Source: Selaginella moellendorffii (Eukaryota; Plantae; Lycopodiophyta). Taken from it: a stretch of DNA of 64,000 bases. The position numbers and the translations under genes were made by a program. The notes under the pieces are model-generated. The model saw only the letters and a list, made by a program, of their open reading frames with translations. It was not told where the DNA came from and did not search any database. Location: NCBI RefSeq assembly GCF_000143415.4, contig NW_003314276.1, forward strand, positions 2,541,072 through 2,605,071. The letters are read 5' to 3'. Positions within the stretch are counted from its first letter, which is position 1. Every line of letters begins with the position of its first letter. Below, piece after piece: positions 36,424 to 48,800 of this stretch.

Positions 36424-37074
36424 ATGCTTGTTTTCAACACTGATTTGACGAGAGTTATAGCAGCAACAGAGTGTGGAACCATTGAACCACAAGTTCGTTG
36501 GTTTGTTGACACACTTAGATTTAAGGATTTTGAAGAGAATGCAAAATTACTTTATCAACTTCTTCAAAGCCCTCTGAGTGTAACGCTACCAACAAGCACT
36601 CTTAACAAACTATACACTATAGCATATTGGCATTGTTTAGGACGGACAAGAATAGCTGGAGAATTAAGGAATCAAGAACAAGGCAATCAACAAATTCGAA
36701 TTGAGAATTTGAGTTCAAGAAACCGACAGGAACCTGAACTTGTGACAAGCTCAAGAGAACATCTTGGAAGCTCAAGGATTACAAATCGAAGAAGGAGAAA
36801 TTTAAGAAGGAATCACAATGGGCCAAGATTAAATATAGTAACAAATTTCAACTTTGACACTAAGGTCCAACGTCGAAACCCCAGCTTAGAAATATACATC
36901 ACTTGCAACCAACAAGGAAGAGTGCGTATAAGAAATTTCAACATTTTAAGGAGTATTTTAAGAGATCCTGTGTCAAGATTACAAACTTACAATGCAAGAA
37001 TATTAATTGAGACTATACCTTGGGAAGTTCGTGAAGCGATAGACTCTGATCGTGGAAGAGAACGTGCTATATGA
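36424..37074 (+). CDS. Extra 216-aa ORF upstream of gag in element C, function unknown
   Basis: Open 651-nt frame between PBS and gag in an otherwise stop-riddled element. Confidence 0.5.
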   Translation: MLVFNTDLTRVIAATECGTIEPQVRWFVDTLRFKDFEENAKLLYQLLQSPLSVTLPTSTLNKLYTIAYWHCLGRTRIAGELRNQEQGNQQIRIENLSSRNRQEPELVTSSREHLGSSRITNRRRRNLRRNHNGPRLNIVTNFNFDTKVQRRNPSLEIYITCNQQGRVRIRNFNILRSILRDPVSRLQTYNARILIETIPWEVREAIDSDRGRERAI

Positions 37075-38118
37075 CAGAGGGAAGTAGAACAAGACCGGCA
37101 AGAATGGCCTCAGGGAAATGCACCATCACGAAATCGACCATAGAGAAAAATGCATTGGATAGATTTGTGCACACATAGGCTTACAGCAACAAGAATTAGG
37201 GTATTAAAAATACCATTGTTGTATTTAGCATCTTCAAATCTTACCAACGACTGGGAAACATAATAGCTCTTAGTGAGAGCTCGCATTCCAAAACAACCAA
37301 CACACTGTAAGAGATTAAAACAATTATTCAAGATTGGACTACTAGAGAGAATTGCAAACATTTGCATACCTGCTTGATCCCAAAGTTGGCAGGCATTATC
37401 CAAAATTTACCAGCGAACAGCTAAATCAATCAATTTATGACAAAATAGACCTCCTTCCAACAAACAAAAATAGTGCATACTTACACCATCTGATTTTTCA
37501 AATACAAGACCTTTCCTAAGCTAGACTCAAGAAAGTGACCTCGAGAAGAAACTCGGGAAGAATCGAGAAAGAAAGAAAAACTCGATTGAAGACTCAAGAC
37601 ACAAGAGCTTGACTTCGTATCTATACAAAAAAACTAAACTTACAGAAGACTCAAGACGTAAGAGCTTGACTTTGCAATCTATGAAGAACAACAATTGACT
37701 CAAGACAATTTAGGCGAAACACAACTTCAGGAAACTTACCTCAACATTCAAGTTGAGAAGATTTAGCAAACTGAATGTACAAATAGAAACCAGACCTAAT
37801 CAAGATCCGGGAAAGAGATCTTTGACAAAAGAATTGAGAAGTGAAAAAGGAAGAAGTAGAAAAAGAGAAATTAGAACAACAACAGCAACAAATTTTAGAA
37901 ATGATTTTAAACAAGTACGACAAAGAGGATAAACAAAATCAAGTTACTGAGTCAAGCAACCCAGTTAAAGATAACAAAGAACTAAATATCAAAAACGCCC
38001 CAGAGTTTGAGGCATTTGAAGAAGCAAAATACACAACACCAGATTACTCAAATCCGGACTCACCAGAACAACAACTCAACCAACACAGTCTACAACCACC
38101 TATGGCAATCATAATCCA

Positions 38119-41100
38119 ATGAGTACAATTGGAAGCATGGTTACATATCCAATTTTCACAGGAAGTAAGTCAGAAGATTCAGAATTACATGTAAAGCAAT
38201 TTAACCAGATTGTTAAAATGAACAATCAAGAACAGCATCAAGCCATACTTTTCTCATACACACTTAAAGGAAAAGCTCTTAAGTGGTATCATACACTAGA
38301 AGATTCTGTACAAGGAACAATTCCCAGCTGGAGGAACACCAAAGGAGCATTATGAGCACATTAAGAATATAAAACAGCGACCAAGACTATACTAGACGAT
38401 TCAAATTACATGCAAAGAAATGTAAAGATCTCATCACCGACAAAGGCAAGAGTTTGTCTTATATACAAGGATTGCGAGAAGCCTATCGTAACATGATCGC
38501 ATTGGCTGATACACCAGATGAAGAAAGTGTTGATTCATTGTCTCAAGGAATCTTAAAACTTGAGAAATGGTTTAGGCAGTTCACTAAAGGTGAATCTTCT
38601 CATGTTAATGATGACTCGGATGATGAAGAGGAAGAAATACTAATGAGGACCAAAAAGAAACAGACACAGGGAAAAGACATTAGACATGTATTGAAGAAGT
38701 TAGCTTCAATGGAACTTAAACAAGGAGTCTTTTGTACAAAATGCAAAAATGAAGGACATTCTATTTCAGACTATAAATTCCATTTACCCAAATGTCAGAT
38801 TTGTGATAGAGAAGGACAGATAGCCAAGAATTGTCAGTATAGGAATACCACTGAAGTTTCAAGAGTGGAAAATGTTCAATGAGGAACACCACGACAAAAT
38901 TATTAAGGAAACAACACTCAAGAACAAAGACCACCAAGAAACTATTATTATCAAGATAATCAAAAATATAATCAAGGATATAATCATGGATATAATCCCC
39001 CACAAAATCAAAACTATAATCAATAACAAAATGATTATAGAAGCAATTACAACCAACAACGATACAATGGACACCAGAACAAATATTAACGTCCACAATG
39101 AAACAACTACAACCAAAGCCAACAAGGGCAATATAACAATTACAACAATCAAGCATCGCAACAGCATTATCAACCAAGACAAAATCAACCACAAGAAAAT
39201 CAAATTCGACAACAATACAATCCACAAAACCAAAGAGTCAATCAAGCTCCTGCTGGAAGACCACCAGCAGCACGAGTAGTTCAAGTAGAAGTTGAAGAAC
39301 AACTAATGACTGAAGAACCAAAAGTTTTGGCAATCACTAGAACACAATATGAATGTCAACAACCTAATAATTATGAAGAACAAGATGAAAGTGATCACGC
39401 AATAGAAATCGAGAATACCGAGTGGAAAAAGAGTAAGAAAATACTTAACACCATTCAACAAGAGCTTCAAAAAAAAGATCCCGAAATTATTAATGATCAA
39501 ATATACAATCAAGACGACCAAACTCAAGTATTAAGCTTTACTCAAGATGAGCATACAACTATTGCCGAGCACATACTACAGTAGGGAATTACTTTAACTC
39601 TACAACAAATACTGCAAATAGCACCATATATGAAAGACCAAATCTTGAAGATCTGTAATTGAAGGATCTCTGAAGCTCGCACACAAGAAAAACACCAATC
39701 TCAACCAACATAACAAGAACAAGCTGACAGAATCCAACCTGGTGATTATGATGATAATGTACCTTGTATCAACGGACACATCGGCAAAAATCATATTGAA
39801 AGAGCTATCCTTGATGGAGGATCTAGGGTTAATATCATCGAATATGCACTATGCAAAGCTTTAGGATTGGGCAATATACAAGCTGCACTATTCAATGTAT
39901 GCATGGCTGATCAAAGAGTTGTTAGACCAGCAGGCATCATTCGTGATGTCTCTATGACAGTCAAAGGACATAAATTTAAAGTTAACTTTGTTGTGTTAAA
40001 GATGCCGATTGAAGAATCTTCTTACGAAATCTTGTTAGACAGACCTTGGCTTAACAAAGTTGTTTTTGCTTAGTATTGGATGGAACATGAGATATGTATC
40101 CAATCCCAACAAGGACAAACTAAAATATCAACATTGACAAGCAAGAAAATCTCAAGAAGTTTTCGACCAACACAAGTTCAAGAATACAATTGGCAAGAAG
40201 GCTTAGACGATCTTGAAGAAGCTAAATTATTTGAAGCATATCCTAAACTTAAGGCAATTCAAGAAATTGACCTCAACAGGATACTCCTTATAACCAAGTG
40301 TCAAGACTATGAAGATTCAAAACAACCTAATTTAAAGAAGAAACATACAACAAAAACCACTGTACAAAAAGCAAGACCAACGATACAACCCAAACAACTA
40401 CAAACTACGGAATATCACCTAGATATACAAGATGAACTAGCACTTACCACTGAAAATCAAGAATTCAAACTTTACGTAAATATCAATGAAGAGATTGAAG
40501 AATTAAATCTAGGGGTTCCCTTAAACCCACAAAACATCTTAATAGCTACACAACTCGACAAACCATTTAAACTTGAGGCTACTATGCTCCTTACTAAGTA
40601 TAAAGATGTCTTTGCGTGGTTATATAAAGACCTCAAGGGTATACCAACTGATTATGTACACATCGAATCGAATTACTTCTAGGAGTTCGACCCATCAAAC
40701 AAACTGTTTACTGGATGAATCCAACATTTGCTGAGAAAGTAAAAGCTGAAATTAACAAGCTCCTTGAAGCAGGATTCATATATCCAATACAAAATGCCCA
40801 ATGGCTATCACTTTTAGTCATTGTACCCAAGAAAAATGGGAAATTACGCATCTGTGTAAACTACAAGTTAAATGATGCCATAACGAAAGATGCCTTTCTC
40901 ATCCCATTTTCAGATGAAATACTTGATGCCGTTGCCAGACATGAGATGTACTCATTTCCTGACAATTTTTCAGGCTACAATCAAGTACATATAGCTGTCG
41001 AGGATCAACATAAAACAGCTTTCATAAGTCCATGAGGAGCATACGCATACATGCGAATGCCATTTGGATTAACCAATGCCCCATTTACATTTCAACGGAT

Positions 41101-42805
41101 CATTACCGATACCTTCCAAGATTATCTCACAGATTTCATGCAAGTCTTTATGGATGACTTTAGTGTCTTTGGACCTAAAGACAAACATCTTGACTACCTC
41201 GAGAAATGTTTTATCAAATGCAGACAAAACCAAGTTGCTCTGAATCCTGAAAAATGTACTTTCTTTGTTAAATCGGGAATACTCCTTGGCCACATTGTTT
41301 CCACTCAAGGCATTCAAATCGATAAAGCTAAAACTGACATCATTATGAAAATGCAACCACCTCATGATCTTAAAAGCTTGCGCAGTTTTCTGGGCAAGAT
41401 GGGTTACCATAGAAGATTTATCAAGGACTATGCCCAAGTCACTACACCATTAACTGAGTTACTTAAGAAAGACAAATTCTATCACTGGACTCAAGAATGT
41501 CAGCAAGCATTCTTGGTACTCAAAGAAAAACTTACACAGGCACCAATTCTGGTCCAACCAAATTGGACTCAAGAATTTCTCGTACAAGTTGATGCTTTTG
41601 CATATGCACTAGGAGCAATTCTGTGCCAAAGAAAAGATGATCATCATGATCACCCAATATATTATGCAAGTTGATGACTTTCCCCACCTGAAATGAATTA
41701 TACAATCACAGAAAAAGAAGCCTTAGGCATGATATATGCCTTGACCAAATTTCGACATTATTTACTTTCCAACAAAGTCAAAATATTCATTGATCATCAA
41801 ACATTGATTCATCTACTCAACAAACCCATCCTTAGCAGACGAATAGCAAGATGGTTTTTGTTATTACAAGAATTCAATTTCGAAATAGTTCACAAACTAG
41901 GCCAATACCATGAACAAGCTGATCATCTCAATAGAATTACAACCGGAGAAAATATACAAGACCCCAATGATGACTTACCTAATTCACATCTTTTTAAGAT
42001 TACCACCCACGATACACTTCAAGAAATCTTTAATTATTTCACAACTACAAAGGTTCCCAAATCATGTACCACGCAAGATCAAAAGAAACAATTCGTCTTG
42101 AGGACACAACAATACTCAGTCATCAGAGGAAGACTCTATAGAATTGGACATGGTAATATATTAAGAAGATGTGTACATTCGCAAGAAGAGATACATATGT
42201 TACTAGAAGAAGCCCATGCCAGTTGCTCTGGAGGGCATTTTGCAGAAGAAATTATGGCAAGGAAAATATTGCAAGCAGGCCTATGGTGGCCTACATTATG
42301 GAAAGACACTTCACAGTTTTGTCAAACTTGTGATATTTGTCAGCGTACACAATTTCCACCCAAGAAACAAACACAAGAACTGAATCCAACTATAGCAATG
42401 GAACCTTTCCAAAGATGGGGCCTAGATTTTGTAGGACCCATACAAAAGAGCAGAAATGGGAATCAATATATTTTGGTAGCAACAGATTATATGACAAAAT
42501 GGGCAGAAGCCCAACCACTCAAGAAAGTGACAACAAAGAATACAGCAAAATTTCTTTATGAAACGATTATCACAAGATATGGATTACCTCGAGAAATAGT
42601 AACGGATAGAGGAACACATTTCCTCAATGAAACAATCAAGATTTTACTTCATCTTCATCAAACATAAGAAATCTACACCATATTATCCACAAGGCAACGG
42701 CCAAGCCGAATCCACAAACAAAACACAAGAATATATTGAAGAAAATAGTGCAAACCAATCTTAAAGATTGGGATAATAGAGTCTATGATGCTCTTTGGGC
42801 TTATA
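38119..42805 (+). pseudogene. Element C gag-pol (fragmented; integrase C-terminus lost)
   Basis: gag YPIFTG..LKGKALKWY; two decayed knuckles; PR; RT; RH; IN WGLDFVGP / TDRGTHF / YYPQGNGQAES. Confidence 0.9.
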
Positions 42806-43610
42806 TGTTAGGCGCCAGCTTTGACTACGTAGTCAACATCGGTCAAAGGGAGGCTCAAGGGTATATTAAGGCATGTTAGGGTAAGGGACTTAACCTACCC
42901 TAGGGCTCACAGTGGAGCGGCGGCGCAGTGGAGCTTTTGAGGTAGCTCGGGGGTGGTTGGGTGGTGAGGAACCTCAAGAGGTGGCGTAGCATAGTCTTGG
43001 GCAACTAGATCTTTGTCTTTTTGCGCCGGATCATAACATTGGTATCAGAGCATTGGTTGCGATGGCCGACCAAGCTGAACGCTGGAATCCTATTGTCGAT
43101 GGTGGTGCCGACGATGGTGCCGACGAAGCTGCGGAGATTTGGACCATTCAAGATGTGGTTCATGAGCTGCGAGCCCTTAATAAAAATCAGCAAGAGATGC
43201 AAGACGAGATGCATGGCATGATGGATACCATGCGTGGGCGTGTTGAGGCACTCGAGGCTAGACGGGGTAGCGCTCCAAGTAAGCCTTCTTTGGTAGATCG
43301 ACTCAAGATTCCAACCTTTTCCGGTGATGGTGGTGTGGACGAGTGTCTTGCTTGGCTAGCCAATGTGAAGAAGTTTTTGGCTGCTAGAGGAACTCCAGAT
43401 GCAGAGGCTTTAGTGGCTATTCCGATGGTTTTGCGTGATGCGGGTCTTCGATGGTGGAATTGGCTTGAGGAGTCCCGTGTTGCGGATAAGAAACCACCAG
43501 TGTCTACCATGGATGAGTTTGAGGCTGCTTTCCGTTTACGTTTTGCCCCTAATTACAACGTGGAGAATGCTCGTACAGAACTTTGCCATTTCCAGCAAGG
43601 GAAAATGACG
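42806..43610 (+). mobile_element. Element E: truncated LTR retrotransposon (233-bp LTR, Met PBS, gag N-terminus) inside the integrase of C
   Basis: TGTTA..TAACA 42806-43038; TGGTATCAGAGC 43040-43051; gag KIPTFSG..WL..A.RWW. Confidence 0.85.
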
Positions 43611-44119
43611 CTCGGGCATTGTCCACAAAACAAGTCCATAACGATTACAAACAACTATACTCAAGAACACAATATGAACAAAACAAAACAGAGTTAGCCC
43701 TAACCCTGACGGTGAGGAAGCGCGCACTGGAACATCACAAGGGTAAGCTTGAGTGGCAAGCAAATCTTGAGATCACAAGAGTGCTAGAGAGTGATCGTCA
43801 GCTAGGCGCTTTCACCCATCTCAAACACGTGCATCAGATTCTAAGAAACACACCAATCGAGAGAAACAAGAAGAAAGCAAGTAGAAAAGAGAGTGCCCAC
43901 GAAAGAAGAAAGAAGAGTGTGTTCACGAGAATAGAAAGAGCGCTCATATCTTTTCTTCTATTTGCATCACAGGTACAAGAGCATTCTCAACAGCACCGAA
44001 GAGTCGACACAATGCGAACCACAGAAACCATCATCCTTTCACAAAATCTTGAGTGGCAATTCAATGATGATGTCAAGCATTGAACTCGCACTCACGGACT
44101 TTTCAACTTTGCAGAACGA

Positions 44120-45864
44120 ATGGCAGGATATCTCATGGGTCAAGTGAGCAACAAGAAGGCTCACTTGATGGATCTCGCCACCGGCCAGGTTGAGCTTGAA
44201 GATTTGGAGGTGGCAGCAGCTCTATGTCTCCTAGACGAAGGCAAGCCAGTCTCTGCTCCATGCACACGGGCTTTAAGTCACGACATCATGAAAGATCTCG
44301 AGAGCTACAACTCGGCGCTTAGTTTGCAATTCTCCAATATCAAAGATGAGCTCTACAAAATATTCAAGTTCCTCGTTCTCAACCTGGAATTTCGGAAGAC
44401 TGCCACGACAGTGAGCAGATCCGTGGCCTTCATTTATGATGATCTTCATGCTGGGAAGAAAGTGGATTTAGCAGGATATGTGATCCCGAAGTTTCGTAGA
44501 GAACTTAAGAAGGTGGCAGGAGAACTCAATGCGAAGAAATGTGTGAGGACACTGATACTACCGTATGTCCGAGCCATTGTCATGCATAGAAAACAAGCAA
44601 TGGTGATCTACAGTTCACCACCTCTGCCTCCACAGCATGAAGCCACAAAATGTTCAAAGTGCCAAGCTGAAGAACACTTGATGAATACTGAGAAGAAAAA
44701 GGTCCAGCAAAAGACAGTAGCAACTCCACGAAGAAAGACACGGGGACAAGGACGAAGAAACGTTGCGCCTCCACAGATTGATAGTGACGACAGTTATGTG
44801 CAAACAATCTAGCACACAGTGCCGAGACGACAACAACCAACGAGAACTTCTAGATCCAAAACAAAACAGCAGCAGAGTTTGGCACCTACACAGCCAGCTT
44901 GGAGCCTCTTAGCTCACCGCAGCCAGATTTGCCACCATCACCACCGCAGGAACTGGCACAATCTCTGTCTCCAGGTACAACAATTCCAGTGGATGATCAC
45001 ATTTTACTGACGCAGGATATTCTTGAAAATCCTGAGACGGTTACAAATCCACCATCCGTTGAGCAGGGGCACAACACTTTTTACGAACCACCCACAAAGC
45101 AGACTGCTGAGCAACACCAGCCTCAACAGCAGTCTCCACTGTTGCAGCCCATCGAGCAGTAGTCTCCACCATTGCAGCCTGTCGAGCAGCACCAACATTC
45201 ATTGCCACAGTCTGCTGAGCAGCCATCTTCACCACACCAGCGTGCTGAGGAGCAGTCATCTTTGCCACAGCAGCCAACCAAGCTACAGCAGCCAGCTGAG
45301 CCGCACTAGACATTTGCTCCAGACACCATTGCCGACAACATGCAGCCGCCTCGTTCAACAATGCAACGCCAATTTCATCACGAGGGCGTTAACAACAAGC
45401 GCCACCACTACAATTTGGAGAAGCAGGAGCATCATCATTAGGACCAGCAGCAACCAAAAGTGATCCGTCCCATGCCTACAAACTTCTTGGAGCAGTACCA
45501 TAACTCCAACATGGTGGTGTACACGTGAGATGGCATGGAGAGCTTCTTCTGCAATGTTTTTGCACGCCCACATGAGGAGAAAATGGCGAGCATGGCTCAG
45601 GAACTCGATCAGGTAAAGGGAATCCTTCGCACTATACAGGCTCATGGACTCCCAACACCAAACACCTGCCGAGAATCTTTTGAGTTAGCGCAGCAGTACC
45701 AACTCGAGAATGCCTGCCTCACCAAAGAGAACATGGAGCTCAAGGCCCGACTACAGGTGCTCGAGACTGCCATAAAGAACTACACTCACGACGAGCTCGA
45801 GGACTTTGAGGAAGAACTAGAGGCTAACACCACAACTGCTACCACCACTACAATGGAAGCTTGA
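44120..45864 (+). pseudogene. 3' extra ORF of element C (globular N-part, Pro/Gln-rich linker, coiled-coil C-part), fragmented
   Basis: ORFs 44120-44812, 44899-45162 and 45535-45864 lie consecutively before the 3' LTR. Confidence 0.6.
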
Positions 45865-48800
45865 GCTGCAGGAGCTGCTCAACTCTAGTCGTTGGAGAGT
45901 AGAGAGGTACATGCATTTTGCATTGTGATTTTCGCACAAAGGCATTTCCTGAGTTAGGAATTGAGATCAGGATTTCTCCCGGTCTAAATTCTTGACTTGG
46001 ATGACTAGGCATGTAGTGGTTATATAGGCTGGTGATAGCACGCTAGACCTATCCCCTTTCTGTCTTTTATATCCTTGGCTATAATAACATACACTCCACT
46101 TGCTCAACATCTACTCTTCTCTTCCATGTCTATCTTACTCACTGCCTTCTGGGGATCAAGGTTGTGAGATGTGCATCAATCTCAGCATCAACATCTTTGC
46201 AACATCACATGGCTAAGTATTTCTTTCCTTTTTATGTTTGGATCTAATTTAGATTAGAGAGGATTCACAAGATCATTGTAGAGGTGATTTTGTAATTATC
46301 CAACTCCCTAGGCTTCTATTGGTAATATAAAGATTGTCCACTCAAAATGTCATTTTTCCTTTGCTAGTGAAGATGTTAGCACGAACCTTGGAGAAAAAAG
46401 CTCTCACAGGCCTGATGTTGAGTACCATTCTACTCAAAGACACCACTTTCAGATTGAGCTATTTCAAGTAGCTGATGAAGAGAGTGCATCACAATAGGTT
46501 GAAATTGTTTACCGTAGTGTGAAGTCGAAGTAATGGGCAATCTAACATATGCCAGCAAAATCAAATGTAAAGTGTGTGGGGAAGGGGCAAGTGGTGGCAA
46601 ATTTACTTTTATTCCAACCCCATATTTCTATAGGGAACGAAAGCAAGAAAGATTTTCGAGATGGTGTTAGTTGTATTGTTGCAACACTGATGCCAACCAT
46701 ATGAAGTGGCTTGAAAACACTATAGTGATTGAACCTGATGTAGTACCTAAAAATGGCCAGTTGCTAATGGGGTCGCATTCACCTCGGATGAGATTGAAAA
46801 CCTTAAGAAATCTGGTTTCAATCTTAAGAGGAGAATTGAAGACATATGTGATAGAACCAAGATTATTTCTACAGAGATGCATAGGAGGCTAGCAAGAAAT
46901 AGGTAAAGTAGTTAAATTTATTGGTACTGTCTCCAAGTAAAAGTAGGGTAAAATAAACTTGGCTTAAACACTTGAGTGTGAGATTCTCTCCACAAAATAC
47001 ATCATTATGCTTATAACGGAGTATATAGTCAAAACAAAAAGTGGAGAATACACAATTACCATTCAAGACTTTCCTTCTTGCACATGTCCAAACTTTATGA
47101 AGTGTGAGGAACATAGGAAGGCATATACTCCTTACAAACATATATATTACATCTTCATTAACATTTTGCACTAGAATTCTAAAGTGGATATTCATATACA
47201 TCAAGCAAACCTTACTATTGTTGACTTGTGAAAAACTTTTGGAGCTAACTAGATTTTCCAACACTATCAATATTTATTCTCTACAATAATGTAAACTTAT
47301 TATACTTTATATAATTAATAAAAAATGTTTTTTCATCTCACTTTTCATTTTATATACTTGTGAGTGTTTTTTTTACAATACTACCCATAATACTCGTGTG
47401 TCTCCATTTTTGTCTTTACCATCTCAAAAAATATTTCATAATAGTCTTTCGGGTGCATGATGTTGCAATGTGTCGCGAGAGCATATATACCATTATACTG
47501 ATCATCACCATTGTTTCCACCAAAAGCTAAAAAATATAAAAGGTATTTCTTGAAAGTCACAGAATTGGAATTTTCTAAAACAAGTAAAAGGGCATTTTTT
47601 TCACCTAATTTGTTGCATTCTTTGTCATTGCATTTATCTCCAACTGATGATCACTATCCTCACTATCCTCTCTTTCATTCTTTTGTGTGGTTTGGTTATG
47701 CTATGCAATGGAATAATTATTTTTCATTCTTTTGTGTGGTTTGGTTATGCTATGCAATGGAATAATTATTGCATCTCCTAACACTTAAACTCTAAGAAGA
47801 AAGATTGTGAAAGTTAAAATTACCAACACTAAAGCCCACAGATATTTATATGTATTTCCTTCTCTTTAAATGAGAGTGTGAATGAAAATTCATAAATTCT
47901 AGACAATATGCTATGACAAACCCCTTAGAAATGTATTCTAGAAAAGAACCAAGTCTTTTTTTTATATGCAATAAGCTTATATCAATGGTTTTTTTATTTT
48001 CCTTTCAAACGGTTATATAGCTTTACATAGAATCTTATTTCAAATTTATTATTTTTTTAATTCTGGCAAACTTGAAATTTACTAGCTAAAAAACACAGAA
48101 TATAAATTTAAGGAAGTGGCAATAATACTTTTTCTGCAAACATCTTATTTTATATTCTAACAAACATCCCTATTATGGCATGCAGAAATATTTAAATTTT
48201 TAGAACAAAAAGTGCCCTTTAGAACATTTTTATTTATAAAATATGTAGAGTGTTATGAAACTATTAAGTTTTTCATAACTTTAATATTTTAAATATTTAA
48301 ATATTTGTATTAAACTACAATTGAAACTTGAGCTCAACTCATGAGCTCAACTTTTCAACTCATAAGTTCAAATATGATCTATGCTCTAGGAATAGTGAGG
48401 TCCAAGAATTAGTCTTGAAAGAACTCTCCAATTCAAACTAACTTGAGGTTGAGATTGGGGGTTAAGAGCCTCGGGTGGGAGTGAACATGGAATTGGGTGG
48501 TGCTAGAGAGGCCACTCAAGGAAGTGCTCAAGAGTAGTTCCCATTCCTGGAAGGGAAATCAATTGTGATACTCCTAACTCAAGTGAAGTGGTGCCCCACT
48601 CACTTGAGTACCATACGGCTCACTGATCCTTGCCCCTTCCTAAGAGATTGGGCCTTCCGTTTGGGATGGAAATGGGGAAGTAGAGGTACTTAGGCTACGA
48701 TATTTCCCTCTGGAGTCCCAAAGCAAATGATGCATCCAAGGCTTGGGATTTAGAAGGTCCTATGATCAAGCCTTATAATACTAAGGGATGTTAAGAACTT

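Larger units (their letters stand above)
35049..46302 (+). mobile_element. Element C: non-chromovirus Ty3/Gypsy (Athila/Phygy/Selgy-like, no second RNase H) with extra ORFs
   Basis: 403-bp LTRs 35049-35451 and 45900-46302 (about 13 differences); TSD ACTCC; RT QVFMDDFSV; protease LDGGS. Confidence 0.93.
33230..46890 (+). pseudogene. Multi-exon MULE-type DDE transposase, interrupted by element C
   Basis: Zn motif HCGGHLDCVDEAC (~33325); WVHFNH..WTTMRAHVYDP; NFRSFMANGANANWNGV..ERTCKFHWAQNL (34330-34456) with the MULE CxxH signature; GT-AG introns 33791-33849, 34159-34211 and 34684-34741. Confidence 0.68.
19129..48386 (+). mobile_element. Mutator-like (MULE) DNA transposon, about 12 kb net of nested insertions
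   Basis: Interrupts the A3 LTR with a 9-bp duplication TAGGGATAG (19120-19128) / TAGGAATAG (48387-48395); weak degenerate TIR; internal MULE-type transposase remnants. Confidence 0.7.

Noticed and set aside
38761-39302. Hydrophobic membrane-protein-like ORFs
   Set aside because: Antisense and off-frame shadows of the Q/N-rich gag segment
47674-47770. 49-nt tandem duplication
   Set aside because: Simple two-copy local duplication with no further signal
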